Positions 20,206 through 31,833 of a stretch of 64,000 nucleotides of DNA are shown one piece after another. The notes below the pieces were generated by a model that was not told the origin of the DNA, ran no database searches, and was given only the letters and a program-made list of their open reading frames with translations. Position 1 is the stretch's first letter. Each line of letters starts with the position of its first letter. The DNA comes from Candidatus Borrarchaeum weybense. Its GTDB lineage: Archaea; Asgardarchaeota; Sifarchaeia; Borrarchaeales; Borrarchaeaceae. The stretch lies in assembly GCA_019057385.1 (NCBI GenBank), contig JAHQJS010000007.1, positions 352,001-416,000 of the forward strand, written 5' to 3'. The position numbers were made by a program, and so were the translations under genes.

Positions 20206-20769
20206 GTGGATGTAAAGCAAGCGATATATGAAAGAAGAGCATTTCGCTCATTAGAGCCCATAGAAATAACTGACCATTTAATTAACGAATTAGCAGAAAG
20301 TGCTCAATTGGCTCCTTCCTGTTTTAACAATCAACCATGGAGATTTGTTTTCGTTAATGACTCTTTAGTATTAGAGAAGTTGCACTCATCATTGTCAAGT
20401 GGAAATGTATGGGCATTTAAAGCATCACTAATCGTTGCTATATTTAGTAATAAAGAGTATGATTGTTTTGTTAAAGGTAGGGAGTATTATCTTTTCGATA
20501 CTGGTATGGCAACAGCATTCCTGATATTAAGAGCGACAGAAATGGGTTTAGTTGCCCATCCGATTGCAGGATTCAACGAGGAAATTGTTAAAAGCGTTCT
20601 CGAAATTCCAGAAGATGTAACTGTTATCACTTTAGTGATTATTGGAAAGCATTCAGAGACTATTAGCCCTGTACTTTCAGAGAAATATGTAAAAGATGAA
20701 CAAAAACGACCAACTAGATTTCCCTTTGAAGCGTTCGTGCATCTCAACCGTTTTAAAGAGTTATTATAA
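20206..20769 (+). CDS. nitroreductase family protein
   Basis: ERRAFR, APSCFNNQPWRF. Confidence 0.93.
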   Translation: MDVKQAIYERRAFRSLEPIEITDHLINELAESAQLAPSCFNNQPWRFVFVNDSLVLEKLHSSLSSGNVWAFKASLIVAIFSNKEYDCFVKGREYYLFDTGMATAFLILRATEMGLVAHPIAGFNEEIVKSVLEIPEDVTVITLVIIGKHSETISPVLSEKYVKDEQKRPTRFPFEAFVHLNRFKELL

Positions 20770-20883
20770 AAGTTCTTTTTCTTTAACCTTTTTTTATGGG
20801 ATTAGCTCAAATATGCATTGAACATAAGCCTTATCATATGCAGTTCAATGTAAATTACGTTGTGCACTATTGAGGTTATAATA

Positions 20884-22992
20884 ATGTCAGATGAATCTGA
20901 ACCTAAGAAGGCTAATCGATTAATTAATGAAAAAAGTCCCTATCTACTTCAACATGCGTATAATCCTGTAGATTGGTATGCATGGGAACCTGAAGCATTT
21001 GAGAAAGCAAAAAAAGAAGATAAACCAATTTTTTTATCCATTGGCTACTCTACTTGTCATTGGTGCCATGTAATGGAGCATGAATCCTTTGAAGATCAAG
21101 AAGTAGCCAAATTAATGAATGATGCTTTTGTAAACATTAAGGTCGACAGAGAGGAACGACCAGATATCGACAATCTCTACATGACGGTCGCCCAATTACT
21201 TAAAGGTAGAGGTGGATGGCCACTTACCATAATTATGACCCCCGATAAGAAACCATTCTTTGCTGCAACATATATTCCTAAAAAAGGGCGTTTTGGAATG
21301 ACTGGTATGCTGGATGTAATACCCTATATCAAAGAACTTTGGACAAATCGACGAGACGAAGTTTTCAATGCAACGGATAAAGTCGTTTCTGCACTTGAAC
21401 AGGTGTCAAAGGGCGAAGTGGGTGAAGAATTGGAAGAAACTATGCTAAAAACTGCTTATAGCTCGCTTAAAAGCCGTTTTGATGATGAATATGGCGGGTT
21501 CAGCGATGCTCCAAAGTTTCCAAGTCCTCACAACTTGCTTTTCTTACTTCGTTATTGGAAGCGTTCTGATGATGAAAAAGCTTTGATGATGGTTGAAAAA
21601 ACTCTCCAATTTATGAGGCTTGGGGGAATGTACGATCATATCGGCTTTGGATTTCATCGCTATTCAACGGATTATCTCTGGCTAGTACCTCATTTCGAAA
21701 AAATGCTCTATGATCAAGCTATGTTGGCGATGGCTTATATAGAAGCGTATCAAGCAACTAAGAAAAAGGAATATGAACACACTGCTCGGGAGATCTTTAC
21801 TTATGTCCTGCGTGATATGACAGCACCGACAGGTGGTTTTTACTCGGCTGAAGATGCTGACAGTGAAGGTAAAGAAGGCAAATTTTATTTGTGGACTGAA
21901 GAAGAGATTAAACAAATACTCGAACAGGTAGACGCAGATTTAATCATTAAAGTATTTGATATCCAACCTCGTGGGAATTTTATAGATATGATGATTCAAA
22001 GAAAAACAGGGGAAAACATCTTTCATCTAAAGAAACCAATTGAAGATATCGCATCTGATCTAAACATATCAGTAAAAGACTTGAAGAAAAAAATTGAAAA
22101 CATTCGGCAACAGTTATTTTCAGAACGTGAAAAGCGTATACATCCTCATAAAGATGACAAGATTCTTACTGACTGGAATGGTCTAATGATCGCAGCATTG
22201 GCAAAAGGAGCACAAGTTTTTGATGAAACCAGTTATTTGGATGCCGCCAAAAACGCGTTTGAGTTTATTTTTAAAAATATGCGAACCCCAGAAGGACGAA
22301 TTTTACATCGCTATCGAGATGGTGAAGCAAGCATATTAGCTCAGGTCGATGATTACGCATTTCTGATTTGGGGCTTAATAGAACTCTATGAGGCCAACTT
22401 TAATGCGAGTTATCTTCAAACTGCTCTAGATTTGAATGAAGAGTTGATACAGCATTTTTGGGATAACGAGACAGGAGGATTTTATCTCACGCCAGATGAT
22501 GGGGAGGAACTCCTCGTTCGTCAGAAAGAGATTTATGATGGGGCAATTCCATCTGGCAACTCAGTTGCAATGTTAAATCTTCTCCGTTTAGGAAGAGTAG
22601 CAGCAGATGAAGATTTTGATGATAAGGCTTCTAAAATAGGGAAAGCTTTTTCTAAGAACTTAAATAACTCTCCAGCAGCTCATAACCAGTTAATGGTTGC
22701 ATTAGATTTTGCAATTGGGCCTTCATACCAAGTGGTTATAGCAGGAAATTCACAAGCAACAGACACAAAAAACATGTTAACTGCCGTCAAATCACATTTC
22801 ATTCCCAATTTACTCATCTTTCTTAATCAAACAGAACAAGAATCGCCAGAGATTCATGACATTGCAGAATTCATTAAATACATGCCAAATATCGAAGATA
22901 AAGCAACAGCATATATCTGTATTAACTATACTTGCAAAAAGCCGACAACAGACATAAATGAAATGTTGAAGCAACTTGATTTACACAGATGA
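20884..22992 (+). CDS. thioredoxin-domain protein, YyaL/SPATA20 family
   Basis: [44 protein letters not shown]. Confidence 0.95.
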   Translation: MSDESEPKKANRLINEKSPYLLQHAYNPVDWYAWEPEAFEKAKKEDKPIFLSIGYSTCHWCHVMEHESFEDQEVAKLMNDAFVNIKVDREERPDIDNLYMTVAQLLKGRGGWPLTIIMTPDKKPFFAATYIPKKGRFGMTGMLDVIPYIKELWTNRRDEVFNATDKVVSALEQVSKGEVGEELEETMLKTAYSSLKSRFDDEYGGFSDAPKFPSPHNLLFLLRYWKRSDDEKALMMVEKTLQFMRLGGMYDHIGFGFHRYSTDYLWLVPHFEKMLYDQAMLAMAYIEAYQATKKKEYEHTAREIFTYVLRDMTAPTGGFYSAEDADSEGKEGKFYLWTEEEIKQILEQVDADLIIKVFDIQPRGNFIDMMIQRKTGENIFHLKKPIEDIASDLNISVKDLKKKIENIRQQLFSEREKRIHPHKDDKILTDWNGLMIAALAKGAQVFDETSYLDAAKNAFEFIFKNMRTPEGRILHRYRDGEASILAQVDDYAFLIWGLIELYEANFNASYLQTALDLNEELIQHFWDNETGGFYLTPDDGEELLVRQKEIYDGAIPSGNSVAMLNLLRLGRVAADEDFDDKASKIGKAFSKNLNNSPAAHNQLMVALDFAIGPSYQVVIAGNSQATDTKNMLTAVKSHFIPNLLIFLNQTEQESPEIHDIAEFIKYMPNIEDKATAYICINYTCKKPTTDINEMLKQLDLHR

Positions 22993-23097
22993 AAGAGAAA
23001 TAAATGAATAGAAGACTATAGACGTATATACTCAACTTTATGCGTAGAAGGAAAGATTTAACAAAGTTTTTCTTTTTTTAGGTGATGGGGTTTTCAA

Positions 23098-23538
23098 TTG
23101 AATGTCAATAAAGAAAAAGTGCTATTTATTTGCACCCACAATGCAGCTAGATCGCAAATGGCAGAAGGTTTATTAAGAACGTTAAAAGGTGATCGTTATG
23201 AAACTTACAGCGGAGGATTAGAGCCATCAAGCGTAAACCTATATGCTATTAAAGTAATGGCAGAAATTGGTATTGATATCTCAGACCAACATTCGAAGGG
23301 CATTGTAGGTTTTTATGAAATGACAATTGATCATGTTGTCACAGTCTGTGATAATGCACATCAAAAATGCCCATTTTTTGCAGGCGGAAAAAATTATATC
23401 CATAAAGGTTTCGAAGATCCAGCAGAGTTTGAAGGGAGCGAAGATGAGAAATTAGAAGTTTTTAGACGAGTTAGAGATGAGATAAAGGATTGGATTGAAA
23501 GGACCTTTGTTAATGGCGTTAAATCGACGAAAGAATGA
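23098..23538 (+). CDS. arsC: thioredoxin-coupled arsenate reductase (LMWP fold)
   Basis: CTHNAARSQMAEG, VTVCD...CP, FEDP. Confidence 0.88.
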   Translation: MNVNKEKVLFICTHNAARSQMAEGLLRTLKGDRYETYSGGLEPSSVNLYAIKVMAEIGIDISDQHSKGIVGFYEMTIDHVVTVCDNAHQKCPFFAGGKNYIHKGFEDPAEFEGSEDEKLEVFRRVRDEIKDWIERTFVNGVKSTKE

Positions 23539-23756
23539 TTTTTTTGATGTAAATAATTTTCCCGTAATTAAAGTCAATTAGATAATAATATATACGCTTT
23601 TCTTAGAACAATACAACACAAATTTTTAAAATGATAATTTAGTTAATGTAAACTAATTTTGCAGTAGTATGTAGTTTTTCCGACTCATTAGCACTAAATT
23701 ATTTTAAGGGTATTAGTGCATAAATTCAATCAATTTCCTTTATTACTATATCAAAA

Positions 23757-26291
23757 ATGCAGATACGATGTGGCAGTATGAGTTTAGAAGACTATTTATA
23801 TAGAGATGACGTTCCGGCGAATCTAAAGGAAGCAATAAAAAGAACACTCACCGAATACAAGAAAACAGAGGCTGAATTGAATACTACAATCAAAGAATCA
23901 CGACAACGCCAAGCAGAACATAAGCAATTAGAGCAGCAATTGGTTGAGTCAGAAGCAAAATATCGAACTCTTGTTGAGAGAGATCCGAATATGATCTTTT
24001 ATATTGAAGGAAGGGTGCTTAAATTTGTTAACCAAGCATTTCTGGATATATTAGGGTATTCAAAGGAAGAATTATATGCCCCAGACTTCGATTTTTTCGC
24101 AAATATTATTCCCGAACAAAGAGAAATGTTTAAAGATCATTTGATTGAAATTCTAACTGGAGAAGATGTGCCAGCTTCTTATGAACTCTCTCTATTAACA
24201 AAACAAGCTGAAATTGTCCCTTGTCTTATCAATGTGACATCTTTTGAAAAGGAAGAAAAACAAATTATTCAAGGTGTTATGACAGATATAAGCTTAGTCA
24301 AAGAATTAGAAAAAGAACTCAAGGATTCAGAGGAACGTTATAGAGGTTTATATGAGTCCTCCATAGATGGTATAGTATCTTATGATATGGAAAGAAATAT
24401 CAAAGAATGCAATCAGTCCTTCGCAGATATGCACGGTTATTCCAAGGAAGAACTGCTTCAATTAACACTTTGGGATCTCATATATGAGAAATGGCGTGAT
24501 ATACCAGACAAGATTCGTGCTGAAGTACTTAAGAAGGGTTATTCGGAAGAATTTGACGCAGAACATATCAAGAAAGACGGAAGAATTTTCCCCGTCTCGG
24601 TAAGAGTATGGCTTATGAAAGATAAGAATGGAAGACCTACTGGAATGTGGGAAATCATTCGTGATATCACCGAACGCAAAAAGGCAGAAAATGCTTTGAA
24701 GATGGTAGCATATAATCTTCGCGAACGAGTCAAGGAACTGAGATGCTTCTTTAATATCTCTGAGCTTGTTGACACTCCAGACATTACATTAGAAGAAATC
24801 CTTCAAGGGGTAGTTGAATTCCTTTCCTCCGCCATACAGTATCCAGAAATTGCCTGTGCACGAGTAATACTAAAAAACCAAGAATTTAAAACCGAAAACT
24901 TCAGAGAGACTATCTGGAAGCAAGCAAGCGATATTATTGTGCACGGCAATCGAATAGGCGCTTTAGAAGTCTATTACTTAGAAAAAATGCCAGATAGCGA
25001 TGAAGGACCTTTTCTGAAAGAAGAGAGGAACCTAACAAATGCTATCGCTGAACGAATTGGGAAAATCATCACTCGCAAGCAAGCTGAGGAACAATTAAAA
25101 GAACATACTGAAAATCTAGAAAAAATGGTTGCAGAACGAACAAAAGCATTAAAAGAATCTGAGGAAAAACTTAAGGCGATCTTGAGTGGAATCGGAGACA
25201 TTATCACTATACAAAACAAAGATTTAGATATTATATGGGTAAATCAGGCGGTAAAAGATATATGGGGGGATGTTATCGGAAAGAAATGTTATGAAGTTTA
25301 CAAAGGGTTTGATACTTGTTGTCCTGAGTGTACTGCTGAGAAGGTATTTAAAGAAGGTAAAACTTCGATCTCTGAGGGAATGATCATAAAACCAGATGGA
25401 ACTAAATGTTTCATTATGACCACTAGTTCGCCTGTATACGATGATGAGGGAAATATAACTGCCGCCATAGAAGTAGTGAAGGATATTACTGAAAGGAAAC
25501 GCACTGAAGATGCGCTGAAGAGGAGCGAAACAAGTCTTGCTGAAGCACAAAGGATTGCGCATCTGGGGAATTGGGATTGGAACATTCAAACAAACGAACT
25601 TCACTGGTCAGACGAAATTTATCGCATCTTTGGGTTAGAACCTCAGGAATTTGGTGCAACATATGAGGCTTTTCTAAATTCTGTTCATCCAGAAGATAGA
25701 GAATTCGTTAAAAAATCGGTAGATAAAGCCTTATTTGAAAACGTACCTTATAGTATTGACCATCGCATAATTTTACCAGACGGTGAGGAGCGTATCGTTC
25801 ACGAACACGCAGAAGTTGTTTTTGATGAACTTAGAAAGCCAGTTCGGATGATTGGGACTGTCCAAGACATCACCGAAAGCAAAAAGTCAGAAGAAAGGCT
25901 TAGGGAAAGTGAAAATCGGCTTTCATTAATTTTCAACACCGTTTCCGATTCGATACTTTTTATTAAGATTGAGCCCGATGACCGTTATCAAGTCATTAGC
26001 ATCAATCAAGCATTTTTAACAGATACTGGTTTTACTGAAGAACACGTGGTTGGAAAAATGGTTGATGAAATCTTGCCAGAATCAGTTTATAAAGACTTAA
26101 TTCTTAAATACAAGGAAGTAATTCGAACTGGTAAACCCATTACATATGAAAGTTCTGTTGATTTACCCAAGGGACATCTTACATTTGAAACAACAATAAC
26201 TCCCATTTTTGACGAGAAGGGAAACTGCACTCATCTTCTTGGAGTTGCTCACGATATCAGCAAATTGAGTAACTACAAGAGCAGGATTTGA
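23757..26291 (+). CDS. multi-PAS/PAC plus GAF-like sensor protein with no output domain
   Basis: Five PAS/PAC units ending in DIT/DIS, a GAF-like ERVKEL...LKEER block, coiled-coil linkers; no HisKA or HATPase. Confidence 0.88.
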   Translation: MQIRCGSMSLEDYLYRDDVPANLKEAIKRTLTEYKKTEAELNTTIKESRQRQAEHKQLEQQLVESEAKYRTLVERDPNMIFYIEGRVLKFVNQAFLDILGYSKEELYAPDFDFFANIIPEQREMFKDHLIEILTGEDVPASYELSLLTKQAEIVPCLINVTSFEKEEKQIIQGVMTDISLVKELEKELKDSEERYRGLYESSIDGIVSYDMERNIKECNQSFADMHGYSKEELLQLTLWDLIYEKWRDIPDKIRAEVLKKGYSEEFDAEHIKKDGRIFPVSVRVWLMKDKNGRPTGMWEIIRDITERKKAENALKMVAYNLRERVKELRCFFNISELVDTPDITLEEILQGVVEFLSSAIQYPEIACARVILKNQEFKTENFRETIWKQASDIIVHGNRIGALEVYYLEKMPDSDEGPFLKEERNLTNAIAERIGKIITRKQAEEQLKEHTENLEKMVAERTKALKESEEKLKAILSGIGDIITIQNKDLDIIWVNQAVKDIWGDVIGKKCYEVYKGFDTCCPECTAEKVFKEGKTSISEGMIIKPDGTKCFIMTTSSPVYDDEGNITAAIEVVKDITERKRTEDALKRSETSLAEAQRIAHLGNWDWNIQTNELHWSDEIYRIFGLEPQEFGATYEAFLNSVHPEDREFVKKSVDKALFENVPYSIDHRIILPDGEERIVHEHAEVVFDELRKPVRMIGTVQDITESKKSEERLRESENRLSLIFNTVSDSILFIKIEPDDRYQVISINQAFLTDTGFTEEHVVGKMVDEILPESVYKDLILKYKEVIRTGKPITYESSVDLPKGHLTFETTITPIFDEKGNCTHLLGVAHDISKLSNYKSRI

Positions 26292-26402
26292 TGAGGAGTT
26301 ACTAAAGGAAAAAATTGAGAATTTCTTTGAGAGATTGTCATCACTAAAAAAGTCAAATAAAATGACAATAAATGTCTAAAAGAAATTTGAGGAAGGGATT
26401 TC

Positions 26403-27005
26403 ATGGAAGATGAAGGCATAATCATAAGCCCTGACACAAAGAGAGAAAATAGAGTGCCTCCTGGTCAAAGACTTACGGAAAAATTTCCAACTCTTCATGC
26501 AGGATCGGTGCCTCGTTATGATCTTTCCAAATGGACTTTTAAAATTACAGGACTAGTCGAAGAGAAAAAAACACTTAGTTATGAAGAATTTATGTCACTT
26601 CCAATGGTAAAAGTTTTTTCAGATGTGCATTGCGTTACTGGCTGGTCAAGATTGAACAATCTCTGGGAGGGTGTAAGCACTAGTGTAATAAAAGAACTTG
26701 TTAACATACTTCCCGAAGCCAAGTTTGTCATATTTCACTGTGCAGAAGGTTGGACAACTAATCTTACTCTAGAAGATTTCTTTCAAGCAGATGTATTATT
26801 TGTTGCCAAATTAGACAATGAACCGAATACTGCAAAGCATGGAGCACCTTGCAGACTTGTAGTACCAAGACTCTATTTTTGGAAAAGTGCAAAATGGGTC
26901 GAACGCTTAGAATTTACAGCAAAAGATAAGCCAGGATTCTGGGAAACAAGAGGGTATCATAACCACGGTGACCCATGGAAAGAAGAGAGGTACAGTTATT
27001 ACTAA
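26403..27005 (+). CDS. sulfite-oxidase-like molybdopterin-binding oxidoreductase
   Basis: PPGQ, DVHCVTGWS, HGAPCRLVVP, WKSAKW, GFWE.RGYH. Confidence 0.92.
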   Translation: MEDEGIIISPDTKRENRVPPGQRLTEKFPTLHAGSVPRYDLSKWTFKITGLVEEKKTLSYEEFMSLPMVKVFSDVHCVTGWSRLNNLWEGVSTSVIKELVNILPEAKFVIFHCAEGWTTNLTLEDFFQADVLFVAKLDNEPNTAKHGAPCRLVVPRLYFWKSAKWVERLEFTAKDKPGFWETRGYHNHGDPWKEERYSYY

Positions 27006-27071
27006 AAAACTTCATCTAGACAAAATATTTAGTCAAAATAACAATTAAAAAAAAGAAAAATATAAGTGATT

Positions 27072-27389
27072 TTATTCGACCATTACAGCGACAGCGTCTT
27101 CAAGGGCATCTTTATAAGGCACAGTTACCTTAAGTAAGCCATCTTCGTAAGTAGCCTTAGCCTTTTCAGGAACAATAGGGCAACATACAGCATAGGAACC
27201 GATATACTCAGTTCCTTCTTTGGTTGCATTTATATAAAAGCTATCTTCATGCATCTTTACTCTAACATTCTCTTTTTTTACACCAGGTAATTCTACTTCT
27301 ACAATTAAATTCTCATGGTTCTCATCACGAAATGCAAGCAATGCTGGAGATATTTTTACGACTTCTTCGGACATAGAATCATCCTCCAT
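27072..27389 (-). CDS. small heat-shock protein (Hsp20/alpha-crystallin)
   Basis: ELPGVKKE, ATYEDGLLKVTVP. Confidence 0.9.
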   Translation of the reverse strand: MEDDSMSEEVVKISPALLAFRDENHENLIVEVELPGVKKENVRVKMHEDSFYINATKEGTEYIGSYAVCCPIVPEKAKATYEDGLLKVTVPYKDALEDAVAVMVE

Positions 27390-27657
27390 TGTGCTTAAAA
27401 CACAGCATTATTAGCGATTTGCGCTGTTAATTAAGTTTATTGTGTTGGCAGAGCGAATATAAGAGAGACTGCTTTCTAATGACTTATAAGAATGGTTTTC
27501 AGATCCTTATCTTGAAATTAAAGTTCATTTTTTTAAATTAAACCATTAATAAACGCATTTAGCATCTTATCTTCGGTTATTTGCCCTTTTTACTCAATTT
27601 TATCGGAAAATTTTTATGTAAGCATGCAGTTGGATTAAATGAACATGGTGGAACCGA

Positions 27658-30600
27658 ATGGTTTTCTATTTAGTTAATTCTCCGAAAAAAAAGAAGCGAC
27701 TGATTTTCCATTATAGGCACGTAAGACGCCATTCGTTCGTATTTGCAAGTTTTGTCGTCCTTTTTATACTTTTCATGGGCAGTTTTTTCATAACACCTCA
27801 GTATCCTAATATGACTGAAGAACCAAATTCTACTTACAATATAAAATATCCCTCTATCAATGACGGAACACAATATGTTACTTCAGGTGTATCCGCTCTG
27901 GATAATGGAGATTCTCCAATAGATCCAAGTGGAACTGGTACCGCTTTGAGCGGGGTAAATGAATATCTAGCAAATGATACAACATTTAACGCTGTTCTTG
28001 TAAACAATACTGGTAATACTGACTATACGGGTAATGAATCGATTTATGTGTCACCCTTTGAACAAGGTGTTGGTCGAAAGGATCTCATCTACTTCAATTT
28101 TACAACAGATCGCATAGCAAATGCGACTGAAGATACTGAAAACATTGAAAATGACTATGCTGGAAACTCAATTGGGACAGGAACATATGCACAGGAGTTC
28201 GTTGTGTCTACATCAAGTGATTATTATTATTTGACTGAAGTACAACTTCGTGCTATAGGTGGAACTTCCGCAGTACAAGACGGATCATGTTATATACAAA
28301 TCAGAAATTCCACTACTGGAGGCGCACCCTCCGATGATCCTGATGAAATTTTTTACCAATCCGACCCCCTTACTGTGCCATTCGGTTTAAATGAGAATAT
28401 TCCCTTCGATTTATCTGATGAAAATATAATATTGAGATCTGATCGTTCCTATTTCATTGTAATTGTTGTAGGTTCAAACACTGAGTTTTACAGTATAGAT
28501 GATGTAACAGATCTAGAGGGAGATTATGGAGCTTCATATGTGTACTCAGGTGGATGGTTCGGACCAGGATCGGTTGATTTTAGTTTTGAACATGTTAAAT
28601 ACCAAGAGGCATTTTATGCAGATACGACCACCAATGACTATAACGATCTTAACATGAATGTCACTGTTTATGGTGCTGGGGTGAACGGTCCATATACTGT
28701 AAACTCTGCCGAGGGAGGATCAGGGGGAGATTGGTGGATCGGTGGGCAAGTATCTCACGTATTTTCACCAGATATTTCACCTACTGCTAGTGGAACATTC
28801 GAGTTTGATATTGACGTTGATGATGATGTCAGTGCTAGAAACCTGACGATAGATTTCAATGTAACGATCTATTATTTGTGGGCTGATACAACATCAACGG
28901 GCACTCCTACTTATAATGTCCTAAATGGAACTGATGTTACATGGACTGTAACTTATGATCCAAATGACCGTACACTTGATCCATCAACCCCAGCAACTTG
29001 GTATGATTATTTCTTTGTGATCGATAACATACCGAATGATTGGAACGCAACAGTAGTCAGAGATAATAATGGGATTAGACACACATCACTATGCGAATCT
29101 GTAGATGGTAGTTATGTAAACGTTACAAAAACCGCTGTCGGAAATTCAACAGTTGGGGACGATCCATGGACAGTAACCTGTGTTGCGCCAAACTATTTGG
29201 ATGAGGGAGGCGATATAACTGTTAGTCCAGCACAAGGAGTTTATACAAGTGGCGATACTTTAGACATTCAAGCCACATTAAGCGATAACGCCTTTGATAG
29301 TGGTCTTGCTGATATGAACTTAACACGACCAGATAGTTCGCTTCTCTATCAAGATACAGATGAATCACCATCCACAGGACAAATTGCCTTCAGCCCCACT
29401 TATGATATACCCTACGACATCGCCGATGGAGATTATGGGATTTATGTCCTCTGGGAAGGTGAAACTGGTCAAAACACAGAGAACAAAGTAGGCTTTAGGT
29501 ACGAAGAAATTTATATTGACGGTTTAAGTTCTGGAAATGGGGGTAATGGTGGAGGAGGCGGTAATGGTGGGGGTGGTAGCGGTGGTGGAGGAGATGGCGA
29601 TGGTGGCGGCACTTCAAGTAAAACCTTCACTGTTACCCCAGGTGCAAATCTTGATGATCTTGAATTAGAAGCGGGTACAACAGGTACAATAACAATAAAT
29701 GTAACTGGCTCTGGATTCGTTAGTAATTGTAGCGTGTCTTTAAGTATAGGAAACTCAAAGTTTGAAGCAATAGAAACAAACAACAGTTATGTAATTAACT
29801 ATGATCTCATAGATCTAGAGTCTGGTAATTATACTGCAAAACTTACCGTAGAAAAAACAGGATTCTCTACATACACTAAATTATTTGATATTCTCGTATC
29901 TCCGATGACTACAATAACTGCTATGCGAGTCTATGCCGTACGAACGACAGTTTTCGTTCAAGAGAACTGGTTATTGTCAACAACTTGGTTCATTTTAGCA
30001 ATAGTTTTTGTATCAATAATTCTAACGGTATATATAAGACCTCTAAATAGCGATTATCTTTTCGATCTCTATATTTTCGATAGAAACAACATGGCGATCT
30101 ATAAACAGAATTTCACCCCAATAGAAACATTACTCGATCCAGAATTGCCGAAAGAAAGTGTTGATGCACGAAAAGCCAAAGAAGAGCTAAAAGAGCAAGC
30201 TATTACGGGTATTACAGGTCTCCTAAAGGAATTAACAGCAGAAGAAACGCAAAATATTGATCTCAAGACATTAAGGATATCTATGGATGGTAAAGATGCA
30301 AAAGTAGCGGTGTGGACAAAACAAGCTAGTTCGATTCTCAAGCCCTTTGTAAATTACAAAGTGGATAGATTTTTGAGAAAACTACGACACAAATTTGAAG
30401 AATATTACTATGTTGACCTTAAACTTTCAAAACCAGGCGTATCCGAATATCTAAACATACCAAGTGTGTTTCTTGAAAGCTTCAAACTTACTTCCTCACC
30501 TGAGCTCTATAGCCTCTATATAGAGTATGCTGAGTATCTTGAAGCTGTAAAATGTCCAGTTCTTGCTTCTGACGCATATTTCAAAGCATTAGGAATATGT

Positions 30601-31089
30601 GTCAACGAACAAATGAAGGACGAAATAGATAGTTGCTATTTCCATTTGATGAAGTCGCTTGAAAATATTCGTGGTATGCTGGGCATACTAAGATGGGTTC
30701 CATTTCTCTCTCCGACATCTTTGTTTACGCCACACAATTTCTTCAAACTGCATATTTTGTTTAAAGTAACAAGTCTATTTCGTGATATTCGAAAAAGAAA
30801 AGAACTAAAATATATCCGTTCAAAGTGGATTGCTGAAAATAGCAGAAGAACTGCAACAGATTTAATTCAACCAGAAGTTGTCGTGTCGGTAAAAAGCAAA
30901 AACTATTCCAAGGCTCTCGCACAAATGGAGCAAGCCATATCGTTATTAGAGTATGCACAAAAGATATATACACAAATTAAAATGTCAAAAGAAGCCGACG
31001 CTGTTTCATCTGTTCTTTCCACATTCACAGACAAACGGGATGAATTAGTTAAAATGAGTGAAGGATTAGGCAATATAGTTAATTCTTAG
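27658..31089 (+). CDS. large membrane protein: extracellular beta-rich domains, Gly linker, TM, cytoplasmic longin-like and helical-repeat domains
   Basis: N-terminal TM; D/T/N-rich region with many NxS/T sequons; poly-Gly at ~29521-29610; TM at ~29965-30035; then LFDLYIFDRNNMAIYKQNF...AITGITGLLKEL...LRHKFEEYY. Confidence 0.8.
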   Translation: MVFYLVNSPKKKKRLIFHYRHVRRHSFVFASFVVLFILFMGSFFITPQYPNMTEEPNSTYNIKYPSINDGTQYVTSGVSALDNGDSPIDPSGTGTALSGVNEYLANDTTFNAVLVNNTGNTDYTGNESIYVSPFEQGVGRKDLIYFNFTTDRIANATEDTENIENDYAGNSIGTGTYAQEFVVSTSSDYYYLTEVQLRAIGGTSAVQDGSCYIQIRNSTTGGAPSDDPDEIFYQSDPLTVPFGLNENIPFDLSDENIILRSDRSYFIVIVVGSNTEFYSIDDVTDLEGDYGASYVYSGGWFGPGSVDFSFEHVKYQEAFYADTTTNDYNDLNMNVTVYGAGVNGPYTVNSAEGGSGGDWWIGGQVSHVFSPDISPTASGTFEFDIDVDDDVSARNLTIDFNVTIYYLWADTTSTGTPTYNVLNGTDVTWTVTYDPNDRTLDPSTPATWYDYFFVIDNIPNDWNATVVRDNNGIRHTSLCESVDGSYVNVTKTAVGNSTVGDDPWTVTCVAPNYLDEGGDITVSPAQGVYTSGDTLDIQATLSDNAFDSGLADMNLTRPDSSLLYQDTDESPSTGQIAFSPTYDIPYDIADGDYGIYVLWEGETGQNTENKVGFRYEEIYIDGLSSGNGGNGGGGGNGGGGSGGGGDGDGGGTSSKTFTVTPGANLDDLELEAGTTGTITINVTGSGFVSNCSVSLSIGNSKFEAIETNNSYVINYDLIDLESGNYTAKLTVEKTGFSTYTKLFDILVSPMTTITAMRVYAVRTTVFVQENWLLSTTWFILAIVFVSIILTVYIRPLNSDYLFDLYIFDRNNMAIYKQNFTPIETLLDPELPKESVDARKAKEELKEQAITGITGLLKELTAEETQNIDLKTLRISMDGKDAKVAVWTKQASSILKPFVNYKVDRFLRKLRHKFEEYYYVDLKLSKPGVSEYLNIPSVFLESFKLTSSPELYSLYIEYAEYLEAVKCPVLASDAYFKALGICVNEQMKDEIDSCYFHLMKSLENIRGMLGILRWVPFLSPTSLFTPHNFFKLHILFKVTSLFRDIRKRKELKYIRSKWIAENSRRTATDLIQPEVVVSVKSKNYSKALAQMEQAISLLEYAQKIYTQIKMSKEADAVSSVLSTFTDKRDELVKMSEGLGNIVNS

Positions 31090-31677
31090 TTACCACCAGT
31101 CACTTTTTGCGCGTTCCTTCCACTCAACTGCTTTTTCTACCTCAAAAAGTCTTTCTTCCAGCATCATACTACCAAGTTTAAGGAACACTTCCTCCACATT
31201 CTGATTGGTCTTGGCAGACGTTTCATAAAATGGAATGACTCTATTATATTGTTCCGAAAGTGTGTCTGCTAAAGTGTCGCCATCGCTTGCAGGCACCGCC
31301 CTCACAATATCTAGATCGCATTTGTTCCCCACGAGTATCATAGGTATAGACTGATCGATGTTGTTCATAAGGTCGTCTATCCATACCGAGATTTTCTTCA
31401 AAGACTCCATGCGAGTCACGTCATATACAAGAAGTGCGCCGTGAGCGCCGCGATAGTATGCTGACTGAAGAAACCTAAACCGTTCTTGTCCTGCAGTGTC
31501 CCAGATTTGCATCGTAATTTCTTGTCCTTCAATAGTATAAGGCTTCGTTCCAAATTCAACGCCGATAGTTGAAATGTAGGCTCTATCAAACTTGCCATAA
31601 CAGGTTCTGATTGTTATACTTGATTTCCCAACCGCACCGTCCCCAATCACTACAACCTTAAAGATATTTTTCTTCAT
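31090..31677 (-). CDS. Rab-like small GTPase (tandem copy 1)
   Basis: GDGAVGKS, IGVEF, WDTAGQE, YYRGA, NKCD, SAK; ends DWW. Confidence 0.95.
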   Translation of the reverse strand: MKKNIFKVVVIGDGAVGKSSITIRTCYGKFDRAYISTIGVEFGTKPYTIEGQEITMQIWDTAGQERFRFLQSAYYRGAHGALLVYDVTRMESLKKISVWIDDLMNNIDQSIPMILVGNKCDLDIVRAVPASDGDTLADTLSEQYNRVIPFYETSAKTNQNVEEVFLKLGSMMLEERLFEVEKAVEWKERAKSDWW

Positions 31678-31833
31678 CTTTCATGTCACCCTATCTGAAC
31701 ATGTTAATGAGGCGTAACAGAATCACCAGGAGAAGCATATCTAATCTTTAATTACCATTTTGACAGAATTATGAGTACATCTACACTAGGACTAATATTT
31801 ACAGAACTCACAATAATAATTAGTTTTTAGACT

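Noticed and set aside
29521-29610. GGN-rich repeat as a DNA repeat element
   Set aside because: Encodes the poly-Gly linker, with varied third codon positions
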